A stretch of DNA of 64,000 nucleotides. It comes from an uncultured Bacteriovoracaceae bacterium (GTDB lineage Bacteria; Desulfobacterota; Desulfomonilia; UBA1062). Under the pieces are notes generated by a model. It was not told the origin of the DNA. It ran no database searches and saw only the letters and a program-made list of their open reading frames with translations. Below, in pieces: positions 18,782-28,531 of the stretch. The first letter of the stretch is position 1; each line of letters opens with the position of its first letter. Location of the stretch: contig CAZRIV010000013.1 in assembly GCA_964600235.1 (NCBI GenBank), positions 21,258 to 85,257 of the forward strand, read 5' to 3'. Both the position numbers and the translations under genes were made by a program.

Positions 18782-19341
18782 CCCTGACCTGCCAGGTGGA
18801 CCTGCGGGGCCTTGCGGTCGGCCTCGTCGTCAATGGCGAAAAATTCCGCCTGGGTGAAGGTGAAGAGCCCTGCCACGATATTGCTCGGAAAGGACTCCAC
18901 GGCTATGTTGAGATTGCGCACCGTGCCGTTGTAGTACCGCCTGGCCATCTGGATCTGGTCCTCGATCCCGGTGAGCTCTTTGTGGAGCTCGCCGAAGTTG
19001 TGGCTGGCCTTGAGGTCGGGATAGGCCTCAGCTACGGCCAGGAGATTGCCCAGGCTCCGCGACAGGGCGGTCTCGATGGCGCCCTTCTCGCCGATCCTCT
19101 CGGCCAGGAGGCTCCTGGATCTCAGCTCGGCGACCTCTGAGAGAAGCCCCCGCTCATGGCCCATGTAGCCCTTGACGGTCTCGACCAGGGCCGGTATCAG
19201 GGTGGCGCGCCTCTTGAGCTGCACGTCTATCCCGCTCCAGCCCTCCCTGACCATGTTCCTCATCCTGACGAGCCTGTTGTAGGTCAGGGCCGCCCACGCG
19301 ACGACCACCAAGACGATCACGCCCGCCACATACATGCCCAT
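18778..19341 (-). CDS. lemA: LemA family protein
   Basis: RBS GGAGGT before ATG 19341; YNRLV...WSGIDVQLKRR..LIPALV..VKGY, EAYPDLKA, ARRYYN. Confidence 0.95.
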   Translation of the reverse strand: MGMYVAGVIVLVVVAWAALTYNRLVRMRNMVREGWSGIDVQLKRRATLIPALVETVKGYMGHERGLLSEVAELRSRSLLAERIGEKGAIETALSRSLGNLLAVAEAYPDLKASHNFGELHKELTGIEDQIQMARRYYNGTVRNLNIAVESFPSNIVAGLFTFTQAEFFAIDDEADRKAPQVHLAGQG

Positions 19342-19595
19342 AGCCACCTCCGCACTTTCCCCCGGGCCTGTTGGGATCGGATAGAGGGAGAAGCCCGGCG
19401 CAAGGCTGCCGGTAAAGGCGATGAAGGACCGCTCCATCCTCCGGTCGATATCATGAGCGGTGCCGCCACATACCGGCCAGCCCCGTCTCACGCCCCGTCT
19501 CACGGCAACAACCGCTGCTCTGCCGTCCTTATTACATGCTCTGCACTGATAATTGAAATACTTTTTATCCGTGTGACAGCAGTGGTCCTATGCGA

Positions 19596-20759
19596 TCAGC
19601 TCGTCCTGAGCGCCTCCACGATGTTCATGCGCGAGGCGCGCAGCGCCGGCAGCGTGCCGCCCAGCAGGCCCATGGCAAGGGAAAATCCGAGTGACTGGAT
19701 AATGATGGAGGGTGTCAGCGCAAACTTGAAGGCAAGCTCGGAGAAGGTCTGGAAGTTCACCGTGGAGATGGTGATGAGCTGCATGAACGAGGCAAAGACG
19801 AGTCCCGTGCACCCGCCGATGATGCCTAAGAAGAGCGATTCCATGATGAAGCTCAGGAGGATGGCCCTCCTCTGGAAACCCAGGGCTCTGAGCGTCCCGA
19901 TCTCGCCGGTGCGGTTGGCAACGGCGGCATACATGGTGATCATGGCCCCGATGATGGCGCCCAGGGAGAAGATCACGGTGAGCGAGAAGCCCATGATCCG
20001 AAGGAACTTGGCCATCATCTCGGACTGGTCGAGGTAGAAGACGGTCTCGCGCTTGGCCGTCAGGGTCAGCCGGGGGTCGCTTTCGATGGATGATTTCAGG
20101 GCATCGAACTTCGAGGCATCCCTGAGCTTGAAGATGATGGACGAATACACGGGCCTGCGGAACGCCTGCATGACCTGGTCCGCGTCGGCCCAGATCTCGG
20201 AGGAAAAGGCCGTGTTGCCCGCATCCATGACACCCACGATCCGCCAGTTCCGCAGGCCGCAGCACAGCGTGTCACCCATGTCGAGCCCCTTGAACCGCTT
20301 GAGGAGGCTCGTCCCGACAACCATCTCGGACAGGCCGAATCGCGGCATGCGGCCCTGGACGAGCCTTATCTGGGGCCTGAGCCCGAGCGAATGCACCCCC
20401 ACGCCCCGGATGGTGACGTTCGAAGATCCGCCCAGCTTCTTGGGCAGCGTGATGAGGATCACCACCTCCCTGGCGAGAACGGGGTCGCCCCTGCCGTATG
20501 AGGCGATATTCGAAAACGTCTGGACCACCGAGGCCTGGCTCCTGTCTATGCCGCTGTCCACCTCGCTGGTGGACCCTTTGCGCAGCACCACTGCGTTGTC
20601 GTACGATCCCGTGGCCACCAGGGTCTTCTGCAGGCCTTCGGCCAGCATGAGGATGGCGGCGAAGACGAAGACCACCAGGGCCATGCCCGAAGCGGTCAGG
20701 AAGGTGGTGAGCCGCCTGGTCCAGAGATTCCGGAAGCTGTAGGACAGGGGAACGGCCAT
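19596..20759 (-). CDS. ABC exporter permease (MacB/FtsX-like)
   Basis: VANRTGEIGTLRALGF, 4 TM segments with large periplasmic loop. Confidence 0.9.
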   Translation of the reverse strand: MAVPLSYSFRNLWTRRLTTFLTASGMALVVFVFAAILMLAEGLQKTLVATGSYDNAVVLRKGSTSEVDSGIDRSQASVVQTFSNIASYGRGDPVLAREVVILITLPKKLGGSSNVTIRGVGVHSLGLRPQIRLVQGRMPRFGLSEMVVGTSLLKRFKGLDMGDTLCCGLRNWRIVGVMDAGNTAFSSEIWADADQVMQAFRRPVYSSIIFKLRDASKFDALKSSIESDPRLTLTAKRETVFYLDQSEMMAKFLRIMGFSLTVIFSLGAIIGAMITMYAAVANRTGEIGTLRALGFQRRAILLSFIMESLFLGIIGGCTGLVFASFMQLITISTVNFQTFSELAFKFALTPSIIIQSLGFSLAMGLLGGTLPALRASRMNIVEALRTS

Positions 20760-21917
20760 CTAGCCAATCCTCCTCAGTCCGTCCGCGATGCGGATCCGGA
20801 TCGCCTGCCTGATGGGGATGAGCGCAGCCACCAGGGCCACCAGGGCGGATGCCCCCAGGTCGAGCCAGATGGTTTTCGGCTCCACAAAAAAGATGGGGAA
20901 GTAGGCGGCAAGCTCGGTGGCGAAAAACCTCACCACGGGAAAGGTCAGGGCAATGCCCAGGAGGCACCCTGCCAGGGTGATCACATATGCTTCCCCTAAG
21001 ATGATAGTGCCTATCTTCCACCCGGAATAGCCGAGCGTCTTGAGCACCGCATACTCACCGATGCGCTCGCGCGTGGTCATGGCCATGGTGTTTGCCACCA
21101 CGGCCAGGATGATCACGATCACCAGAAGCGAGACCACGCGGATCACCATGACGATGGCTTCGGTCATGGAGATGAACCCCATGACAAAGGCCCTCTCGCT
21201 CTCTGTCAGGGTCTCGGCCTGGGAGTTCCTGAACATGCCGTCGATCTCGCGGGCCACCTCTGCGGAGAGGTGCGGGTCGACGACGCCGATCACATAGAAC
21301 CCCACCTGGTCGGCCATGGAGGGGTAGGCCTTCTTCACGCCCTCGTTGAGATAGTCCCAGTTGAACATGAACATGGTCTCGTCCACGGTCTTCGTCTTGC
21401 CCTCGTATATGGCCCTGAGCACGAACTCCCAGTCACCGGGGTAGATGGTTCCCTTGAGTGTCACGGTGTCGCCGATGCGCCAGCCGAAGCGTTTCACCAG
21501 CTTCCTGCCCGCTACGAAGCCCCGCCTGTCCCGGAGGAAGTCCGCCATCTGCTTCTCGGGCACCGAGATCTCGGGGTAGAGCCCCAGGTAGCTCCTGGGC
21601 TCCACGGCAAAGCTGGCGAAGAAGTTCTTCTCGCTGATGTAGATGCCGCCGAACCAGCTGCCGTATGATACGGCGCGGACGCCTGCGGTGTGCCGGATCT
21701 TGTCGTAATAGGAGATGGGCAGCGGGAAGATCAGCGACACGGAGTTACGGGTGACGAGCCGGGAGGCCGACGACGCGTCGACGCCCGAGTACCACGCCGT
21801 GAGCAGGGTGCGCAGCAGGCCGAAGGCCAGGATGGCGATGCCCATGGCGAGGATGGTAAGCCAGGTCCTTACCTTGCGCCTGAAGGCGTTCTTCATGATC
21901 ATCTTGAGCAGGATCAT
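20760..21917 (-). CDS. ABC exporter permease (MacB/FtsX-like)
   Basis: Start [15 protein letters not shown] overlaps the upstream stop (ATGA); [15 protein letters not shown]. Confidence 0.9.
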   Translation of the reverse strand: MILLKMIMKNAFRRKVRTWLTILAMGIAILAFGLLRTLLTAWYSGVDASSASRLVTRNSVSLIFPLPISYYDKIRHTAGVRAVSYGSWFGGIYISEKNFFASFAVEPRSYLGLYPEISVPEKQMADFLRDRRGFVAGRKLVKRFGWRIGDTVTLKGTIYPGDWEFVLRAIYEGKTKTVDETMFMFNWDYLNEGVKKAYPSMADQVGFYVIGVVDPHLSAEVAREIDGMFRNSQAETLTESERAFVMGFISMTEAIVMVIRVVSLLVIVIILAVVANTMAMTTRERIGEYAVLKTLGYSGWKIGTIILGEAYVITLAGCLLGIALTFPVVRFFATELAAYFPIFFVEPKTIWLDLGASALVALVAALIPIRQAIRIRIADGLRRIG

Positions 21918-22606
21918 ACGGAATTGAACACACCCTTTTCCAGGTGCTTCATGAGGTGCGCGCGCTCGGCCGCATGCGGGTCGTGCGTCACCATGATGAT
22001 GGTCTTGCCCAGCTCCGTGTTCAGCCGTTCCATGAGGTTCAGGACATCTTCGGCCGATTTGCGGTCGAGGTCGCCGGTGGGTTCGTCGGCCACGAGGATC
22101 ATTGGGTCTATGACAATGGCCCGGGCTATGGCCACCCTCTGCTGCTCGCCGCCCGAGAGCTGGTTCGGGTAGTGGTCCATGCGTTCGGTCAGGTTCACCA
22201 TGGAAAGGGCCATCTCCACGTGCTCGCGCCTCTGGGCCCGGGAAAGACCCGTTAGGTGCAGCGGCAAATCGACGTTCTCGAAGGCGGAAAGAACCGGGAT
22301 GAGGTTGTAGAACTGGAAGATGAAGCCCACATTGCCGGCACGCCACGCCGCGAGCTCCGTCTCGGTCATGTCCGTGATGTCTTCGCCGCCCACCACTATG
22401 GAGCCGCTGTCCGCGTGGTCGATGCCGGCTATCAGGTTAAGCAGCGTGCTCTTGCCGGATCCCGACGGACCCATGATGGCGAGGAACTCGCCGCGCGCGA
22501 TGTCGAAGGTGATGTCGGCCAGGACCGGCACTACATAGCTGCCCCGCCGGTAGGACTTGGAGACATTGCGGATCTCAACAATGGGTGATGACATGTCCGT
22601 GTTCAT
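21914..22606 (-). CDS. ABC transporter ATP-binding protein (LolD/MacB-type)
   Basis: [39 protein letters not shown]. Confidence 0.95.
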   Translation of the reverse strand: MNTDMSSPIVEIRNVSKSYRRGSYVVPVLADITFDIARGEFLAIMGPSGSGKSTLLNLIAGIDHADSGSIVVGGEDITDMTETELAAWRAGNVGFIFQFYNLIPVLSAFENVDLPLHLTGLSRAQRREHVEMALSMVNLTERMDHYPNQLSGGEQQRVAIARAIVIDPMILVADEPTGDLDRKSAEDVLNLMERLNTELGKTIIMVTHDPHAAERAHLMKHLEKGVFNSV

Positions 22607-22704
22607 GCTTCTCGATCTCCCTCACTGAAGTTCTTCTCCTGCAACAGGATAATGACTCCAGAAAGAATATGCTCAGGGAAAGTAGTTTTCCATGCCCTGC
22701 CTTC

Positions 22705-23922
22705 TCACTGCTGGAGGATCGTTACCTTGGAGCCGTCCTTCATGCCCCCGGGAGGATCCAGCACCACGGTCTCGCCCTTTTTAAGGCCTTCCAGGACTTC
22801 CACCATGTCTCCGATGGTCCTGCCTGTGCGCACGTTCCTCCGGTAGGCCTTTCCATTTTTAATGCTGAACGCAGACACATCCTTGCCCGTGTGCACCAGC
22901 GCGGCGCTGTTCACCATGGTCATGGGCTCAAGCTCCTCTGGCTTGAGCGCATGGGGAAGAAAGGCCACCTTGGCGCTCATCTCCGGGAGGATGCGCGCGT
23001 CCTTCTGTAGAAATCGGATCTTCACCAGGACCGTTGCCTTGGACCTGTCCACCGTGGGCACGATCGTGTCCACCACGGCCCTGAACCTCACGCCGGGCAG
23101 GGCATCGAGCGCCACGTCACAGGGCTGGCCTGCGCTCACCATGGAGAGGTTGCCCTCGGAAACGTCGGCCTCCACCTGCAGCGACGACAGATCTGCTATG
23201 GACACTACCGCGGACTTGGCCTTTGCAGCAGCGCCCAGCGGCGTGACGATGTCTCCCACATCGGCATTCTTGGTCAGGACAACCGCATCGAAGGGGGCCC
23301 TGATCTCGGAATAGGACAGTGTCACCCGGGCGTTCTTCAGCGCCGCCTCGCTCGATCTCACCTGAGCCTGGGCAGCCTCCAACGACGCCTTTGAACCGAG
23401 ATACCTTGCCTGGACTGCATCAAAGTCCGCCCGGGATATCACCCCCGTGCTTACCAGGTTCTTCTTTCTCTCGAAATCGAGCGAGGCGTTGTCCAGATCG
23501 GCTTTCGCCTGGTCAACGCGTGCCCTGGCAAGCGTAAGGTTCGCCTGTGCCTGTTCCACAAAGGCTTTTGCGTCCAGGTTCTCCAGCATGGCTATCACCT
23601 GGCCTTCCTTCACGATGCTGCCTTCCTTCACCATGACGGTGACGAGCTGGCCGGTGATCTTCGCCGCCACATCGGCCTTTCGCTGGGCGACCACGTAGCC
23701 GCTTGCGTTGAGTCTGCTGAGCACCTGTGCCGGATAGACCTCGGACACGACCGCAACCCTCGCATCGTACCCCTTTGACAGCAGCAACCAGGAAACGGCG
23801 AAGACAACGGCAGCCCCGATGGCGACGATGAGAAGCAGGTGTTTCGTCCTGAACCTCTTCCCTGCGCGCGTTTCCTTCGCTGTTCTTGCTATGGCGAGCT
23901 TTTCGAGATTATCACCCTGCAT
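22705..23922 (-). CDS. Periplasmic adaptor (MacA/HlyD-type membrane fusion protein)
   Basis: N-terminal TM, lipoyl halves VKEGSIVKEGQVIA and IRAPFDAVV, coiled-coil hairpin. Confidence 0.9.
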   Translation of the reverse strand: MQGDNLEKLAIARTAKETRAGKRFRTKHLLLIVAIGAAVVFAVSWLLLSKGYDARVAVVSEVYPAQVLSRLNASGYVVAQRKADVAAKITGQLVTVMVKEGSIVKEGQVIAMLENLDAKAFVEQAQANLTLARARVDQAKADLDNASLDFERKKNLVSTGVISRADFDAVQARYLGSKASLEAAQAQVRSSEAALKNARVTLSYSEIRAPFDAVVLTKNADVGDIVTPLGAAAKAKSAVVSIADLSSLQVEADVSEGNLSMVSAGQPCDVALDALPGVRFRAVVDTIVPTVDRSKATVLVKIRFLQKDARILPEMSAKVAFLPHALKPEELEPMTMVNSAALVHTGKDVSAFSIKNGKAYRRNVRTGRTIGDMVEVLEGLKKGETVVLDPPGGMKDGSKVTILQQ

Positions 23923-24363
23923 GGCATTACCTCACTGAGGTGGTGTTTATGCTGCTCATACTCCAATACCATAAGCACCCTGTCCGCCGCATCTCAAAAG
24001 GCAATAAAAAAGCAGCGGCATGAATATGAAATCCACTGAAATTTTTTTTCATTTTTTTGCATTTATCTCTTGCATTTTTTTTAGGAACGTCTAAAAGAAA
24101 AAAAAGAGACTACACCTCATAGATGGCGAGAAACAGACCATTTAAGGGACCGGCTGATTTGGGAGAGATGAGAATGAATGGGCATTCATTTCAGATTCTT
24201 GCGGCACAGTGGATAGATGCCGCACCGCATTGACTTCTCATATCATGATGGTCAAGAGCGGGCATACAAAACTCCCCCCCCGATGTAATCCTATCTCTTC
24301 AGCATTTATTATTCATCATCGAAAATTTTCATGCCGATATTTCACCAAAGGAGGAGTTGCAAA

Positions 24364-25671
24364 ATGAAGAACAACGGTCCCGCAGCGTCTGTTCAGCTTG
24401 ATGATCCAGACCCCTTAGGTACTGAAGCCCCCGAGGAGCCCCCATCGCTATCAAAGGCCCTCGTGCAAGACCTGTTGTTCAAAACCGAGCCTGAACGGAA
24501 ACTATCCATTGTAGGCCGCATACCCGTCAGCCAGCATTCGCGCTATTTCCTCCACCAGTTTTTTCCCAAGGCCACCGAAGCGGACTGGTGCAACTGGCAC
24601 TGGCAGGTCCGCAACAGCTTCACCGGCCTCGATCAGATTAAACGGATTGTCCGGCTTACCCACGGCGAGTACAATGGCATCGTCAAACATACCTCGGGAT
24701 TGCCGCTTCGGATCACGCCTTACTATGCAAGTCTGATAAATGCCTCGGATCCAACGCAGGCCATAAGGCGCGCAGTCGTGCCTGTGGGAGATGAATTCAT
24801 CTCATCCCCCGGAGAGGCGCAGGACCCCCTGGGGGAAGAGAACCAGAGCCCCGTAGCCGGGCTTGTCCACCGATACCCCGACCGGGCACTGTTCCTTACC
24901 ACGGGCTTCTGTTCCACCTACTGCAGGTATTGCACACGCTCACGCATGGTGGGCAACCACGGAAAGTTCAAGGGAAGCATCTCCCAGTGGCAGCAGGCCA
25001 TTAACTACATCGAGCAGACACCGCAGATCCGCGATGTCCTCCTCTCGGGCGGTGACCCTTTGACCCTGACGGACGGCCACCTTGACTATCTGCTGTCGAG
25101 CATATCGCGCATCAAGCACGTGGAGGTGATCAGGATCGGGACAAAGGTCCCCGTGGTGTTGCCCCAGAGACTTACCTCACGGCTGCTCAATATCCTGAAA
25201 AAGTACCAGCCCCTCTGGATCAGCATACACTGTACCCACCCCGACGAACTTACACCCGAGACGAGGACCGCCTGCAACCTCCTGGCGGACGCCGGCATCC
25301 CGCTCGGCAGCCAGACCGTTCTGCTCAAGGGCATCAACGACGATGTGGCGACATTGAAGGCGCTCTTCCACGGCCTCATGAAGGTCCGTGTCCGGCCGTA
25401 CTATCTCTATCAGTGCGACCCCATCCTCGGCTCCTCCCACTTCAGGACCACCATCGAGAAAGGCCTCGCCATGATCGAAGGCCTGCGGGGACATACCTCC
25501 GGGTACGCGGTGCCCCACTATGTGGTGGATGCGCCCGGCGGCGGGGGCAAGATCCCTCTTCTGCCTGACTATTATCAGGGCCGCCAGGATGGTGATATCA
25601 TCTTGAGAAACTACGAGGGCAGGATGTTCAGATATCCCGACAGACGCACCGAGTGCCCCGCGGCACCCTAG
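24364..25671 (+). CDS. KamA-family radical SAM 2,3-aminomutase
   Basis: RBS aaggagg; GLVHRYPDRAL, CSTYCRYCTR (CxxxCxxC), VLLSGGDPL, LGSQTVLLKGINDD, DAPGGGGKIP. Confidence 0.92.
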   Translation: MKNNGPAASVQLDDPDPLGTEAPEEPPSLSKALVQDLLFKTEPERKLSIVGRIPVSQHSRYFLHQFFPKATEADWCNWHWQVRNSFTGLDQIKRIVRLTHGEYNGIVKHTSGLPLRITPYYASLINASDPTQAIRRAVVPVGDEFISSPGEAQDPLGEENQSPVAGLVHRYPDRALFLTTGFCSTYCRYCTRSRMVGNHGKFKGSISQWQQAINYIEQTPQIRDVLLSGGDPLTLTDGHLDYLLSSISRIKHVEVIRIGTKVPVVLPQRLTSRLLNILKKYQPLWISIHCTHPDELTPETRTACNLLADAGIPLGSQTVLLKGINDDVATLKALFHGLMKVRVRPYYLYQCDPILGSSHFRTTIEKGLAMIEGLRGHTSGYAVPHYVVDAPGGGGKIPLLPDYYQGRQDGDIILRNYEGRMFRYPDRRTECPAAP

Positions 25672-25673
25672 AC

Positions 25674-26663
25674 ATGAACATCGGCATCACGTATGACCTC
25701 AGAGACGACTACCTGAAAGAAGGTTACACTTACGAAGAGACCGCCGAATTCGACCGCATAGACACCATCGAGGGGATCGATGAGGCGCTTGTCCGGCTGG
25801 GACACTCCACAGACCGCATCGGAAATGTCCGGCAGCTTGTCAAGAGACTTGCAGCAGGCCACAGATGGGACCTGGTGTTCAACATTGCAGAAGGCATGTA
25901 CGGCATCAGCCGTGAAGCCCTGGTGCCCGCCCTGCTGGACGCTTACCAGATACCCTACACGTTCTCTGACCCGTTCGTGCTTTCTCTCACGCTGCACAAG
26001 GGTGTGACCAAGTCCATCATCCGCTCTGCAGGCATACCTACCGCGGATTTCGCAGTGATAGAAACTCACAAGGATATTGATTCAATCAGCCTCCCCTACC
26101 CCCTGTTCGCCAAACCCGTTGCCGAAGGCACCGGTAAGGGCATCAATGAAGCATCAAGGGTTGACACACATGAGCAACTCTCTGTACTATGTTCTCATCT
26201 GCTGGATGAGTTCCGCCAGCCGGTGCTCGTTGAGACATACCTGGCCGGCCGTGAATTCACCGCAGGCATCGTAGGAACTGGTCAGGGGGCGCAGGTCGTA
26301 GGCGTTATGGAAGTCCTGTTCAGAAAACACCACGAGGGTGAGAAGATCTATTCTTTTCAGAACAAGTCGAATTACGAAGATATCATCGACTATCAGATCC
26401 CCGAGCAGGAGATCGTAGGCTCATGCAGCGAGCTCGCGCTCAGATCATGGGAAACGCTTGGATGCAGAGACGGCGGGAGGGTAGATATACGCATGGACAA
26501 CTTCGGCAAACCGAACTTCATTGAGGTGAATCCTCTGGCAGGACTGAATCCGGTCCATTCCGACCTGCCCATCATGTGCAGGCTTCAGGGCATAACGTAT
26601 CATGAACTCATCGGACGCATCCTTGACAGCGCCATATCGAGGATCAATAAGGGCAGGCCATGA
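25674..26663 (+). CDS. Ddl-like ATP-grasp ligase 1
   Basis: LVFNIAEG, PLFAKPVAEGTGKGI, LVETYLAGREFT, GRVDIRMD, FIEVNPLAGL. Confidence 0.85.
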   Translation: MNIGITYDLRDDYLKEGYTYEETAEFDRIDTIEGIDEALVRLGHSTDRIGNVRQLVKRLAAGHRWDLVFNIAEGMYGISREALVPALLDAYQIPYTFSDPFVLSLTLHKGVTKSIIRSAGIPTADFAVIETHKDIDSISLPYPLFAKPVAEGTGKGINEASRVDTHEQLSVLCSHLLDEFRQPVLVETYLAGREFTAGIVGTGQGAQVVGVMEVLFRKHHEGEKIYSFQNKSNYEDIIDYQIPEQEIVGSCSELALRSWETLGCRDGGRVDIRMDNFGKPNFIEVNPLAGLNPVHSDLPIMCRLQGITYHELIGRILDSAISRINKGRP

Positions 26664-27649
26664 ACCCCACCGTCGTAATCCTTCATCACCCGGTGGATGA
26701 AAACTCCTCGCCAGATGATCAGGATGTCCTGGACCAGGCAGAGGCCGTTGACATCGAGCTGAAGGAAATGGGGTATGTGACCCAGATCCTGCCATTTGAT
26801 CTCGGCAAGAAGTCTTTTGCCGACAAACTGAAAAAGATAAACCCGCTGTGCGTATTCAATCTGGTGGAGTGCATCAACGGCGATGGACAGCTCATTCACC
26901 TGGCCTGTTCATACCTCGACCACCTGAAGATACCCTATACCGGTGCCGGGGCGGAGGCCATGTTCATCACCTCCAACAAGGTCCTGGCCAAAAGATGGAT
27001 GCGGCTCATGGACATACCTACCCCCGAGTGGGTGGTGCCGGGCAAGCAACTGGAGTGCGAACCACCCTTCCCGGACCAGTACATCCTGAAGGCCCAGTGG
27101 GAAGACGCATCCATAGGACTGGACGGTGATTCTGTCGTGCCAGCACGCGACATGGACGAGCTCATGGAGCTCCTGAAACAGAAAACCCTGAAGCTGGGCA
27201 AGCCGTGTTTTGCGGAACGGTACATCTACGGAAGGGAATTCAATCTTGCCCTCCTGGCGGATGCAGTTGGGGCGCAGGCCCTGCCCCCTGCGGAGATAAC
27301 CTTTGACTACGCAGCGGATATGCCGAAGATCGTGGATTACAAGGCCAAATGGATCGAAGGCTCCCCTGAATACGAGGGGACGAACCGGGTGCTGGACTTC
27401 CCCCCCGGAGACGCACCACTCCTGAAAGAGCTTAAATGCATCGCTCAGAAGTGCTGGGAGGGCTTTGACCTCAGGGGCTATGCGCGCGTGGATGTCAGGG
27501 TGGATGCCCAGAACAGGCCCTGGGTTCTGGAGATCAACGCCAACCCGTGCATCTCTCCCAACGGAGGCTTCATGGCCGCGTCCGAGAAGGCGGGAGTACC
27601 CTACCATAACATGATCGAACGCATCGTCCAGGACGCCGTCCGCAAATGA
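26660..27649 (+). CDS. Ddl-like ATP-grasp ligase 2
   Basis: VFNLVE, IPYTG, ILKAQWEDASIG, ERYIYGREFN, YARVDVRVD, LEINANP. Confidence 0.85.
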   Translation: MNPTVVILHHPVDENSSPDDQDVLDQAEAVDIELKEMGYVTQILPFDLGKKSFADKLKKINPLCVFNLVECINGDGQLIHLACSYLDHLKIPYTGAGAEAMFITSNKVLAKRWMRLMDIPTPEWVVPGKQLECEPPFPDQYILKAQWEDASIGLDGDSVVPARDMDELMELLKQKTLKLGKPCFAERYIYGREFNLALLADAVGAQALPPAEITFDYAADMPKIVDYKAKWIEGSPEYEGTNRVLDFPPGDAPLLKELKCIAQKCWEGFDLRGYARVDVRVDAQNRPWVLEINANPCISPNGGFMAASEKAGVPYHNMIERIVQDAVRK

Positions 27650-28167
27650 TACGGTGCAACTGCGCACACAAGGCACACCCGCACATGAAGTTCACCTATC
27701 GAGACCAGGTGTTCGAAAGCGATATGGAATCCGTCAGGGACATCGTCGATTCCACGGGATTCTTCACGGACGAAGAGGTCGATGTCGCCGTGGAGCTCGT
27801 TGAAGCAGGCCTCTCCGGCGGGAGCATCAGCAGTTATCTCTTCTGTTTCTGCGAAGATGAAGCCGGAAAGGTCGTGGGCTACACCTGCTACGGACCTGTC
27901 CCCTGCACCGTAGGCAGCTTCGATCTCTACTGGATAGCAGTCCATCCGGAGCACCAGGGTAAGGGAGTGGGCAGAGGGCTGTTGAAGATGACGGAGGATA
28001 AAATCCGGGCCATGGATGGCATGCGCATCTATATCGAGACCGCCTCCAGAGACCTCTACAAGCCTACGCAGGGCTTCTACGCAAACTCCGGTTACCATGC
28101 GGAGGCAACGCTCAAGGACTACTACTCCCCTGGCGACAGCAAGATAATCTATGTGAAGCACCTCTAG
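27646..28167 (+). CDS. GNAT acetyltransferase
   Basis: LYWIAVHPEHQGKGVGRGLL (acetyl-CoA motif A), FYANSGY. Confidence 0.9.
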   Translation: MIRCNCAHKAHPHMKFTYRDQVFESDMESVRDIVDSTGFFTDEEVDVAVELVEAGLSGGSISSYLFCFCEDEAGKVVGYTCYGPVPCTVGSFDLYWIAVHPEHQGKGVGRGLLKMTEDKIRAMDGMRIYIETASRDLYKPTQGFYANSGYHAEATLKDYYSPGDSKIIYVKHL

Positions 28168-28191
28168 GGGAAACCTCGCCTATGCATAAAT

Positions 28192-28408
28192 CCGGATTGT
28201 GCGCTAGGAAGTGTACACATGTACCTGATACACTTTTAAGAGTGCGTTGGCATATGGTTCGTGCCAGGCAAGATTGTTTTTCATAAGTCCGTTCAAAGCA
28301 GTGATCTCGCCGCCTCAAGCAGCCGGCATAATAGGCATTCATCGAAAAGCGGCGAGATCACTGCTTTGGACGGATCAATTTGAGACACCTTCAAACGCAA
28401 AATCCGGG
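28192..28408. repeat. Dispersed non-coding element copy A with 26-bp hairpin (arms 28288-28313 and 28349-28374)
   Basis: 53/72 ungapped identity with copy C over the first 72 nt; arms complementary except one T-G pair. Confidence 0.8.
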
Positions 28409-28430
28409 ATAAATAGTGCTGGAAAATTGG

Positions 28431-28503
28431 ACCGTTCAGATCATGAATCCTGGCATGGGCAAGCTGAATGCTTGCCCATGCCAGGATTCATGATCTGAAC
28501 GGT
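28431..28503. repeat. Perfect 34-bp inverted repeat with 5-nt loop between convergent genes
   Basis: accgttcagatcatgaatcctggcatgggcaagc-tgaat-exact reverse complement. Confidence 0.95.
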
Positions 28504-28531
28504 TATGTTTTTTTATTTGTCTATGAACGCG

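Noticed and set aside
17288-18787. 499-aa plus-strand ORF and the many other 60-290 aa overlapping ORFs in GC-rich regions
   Set aside because: Antisense or alternate-frame shadows of well-supported genes (here DUF2207), expected at high GC3.
16874-23922. LemA-DUF2207 pair and two-permease MacAB-like exporter as a novel system
   Set aside because: Both are common, well-known gene arrangements; nothing unusual was seen beyond the GC content.
24121-24165. SAM-I or lysine riboswitch in the KamA leader
   Set aside because: Only a short AGGGACCGGC similarity; the conserved AUC-GAG, GCAACC and lysine-riboswitch motifs are missing.
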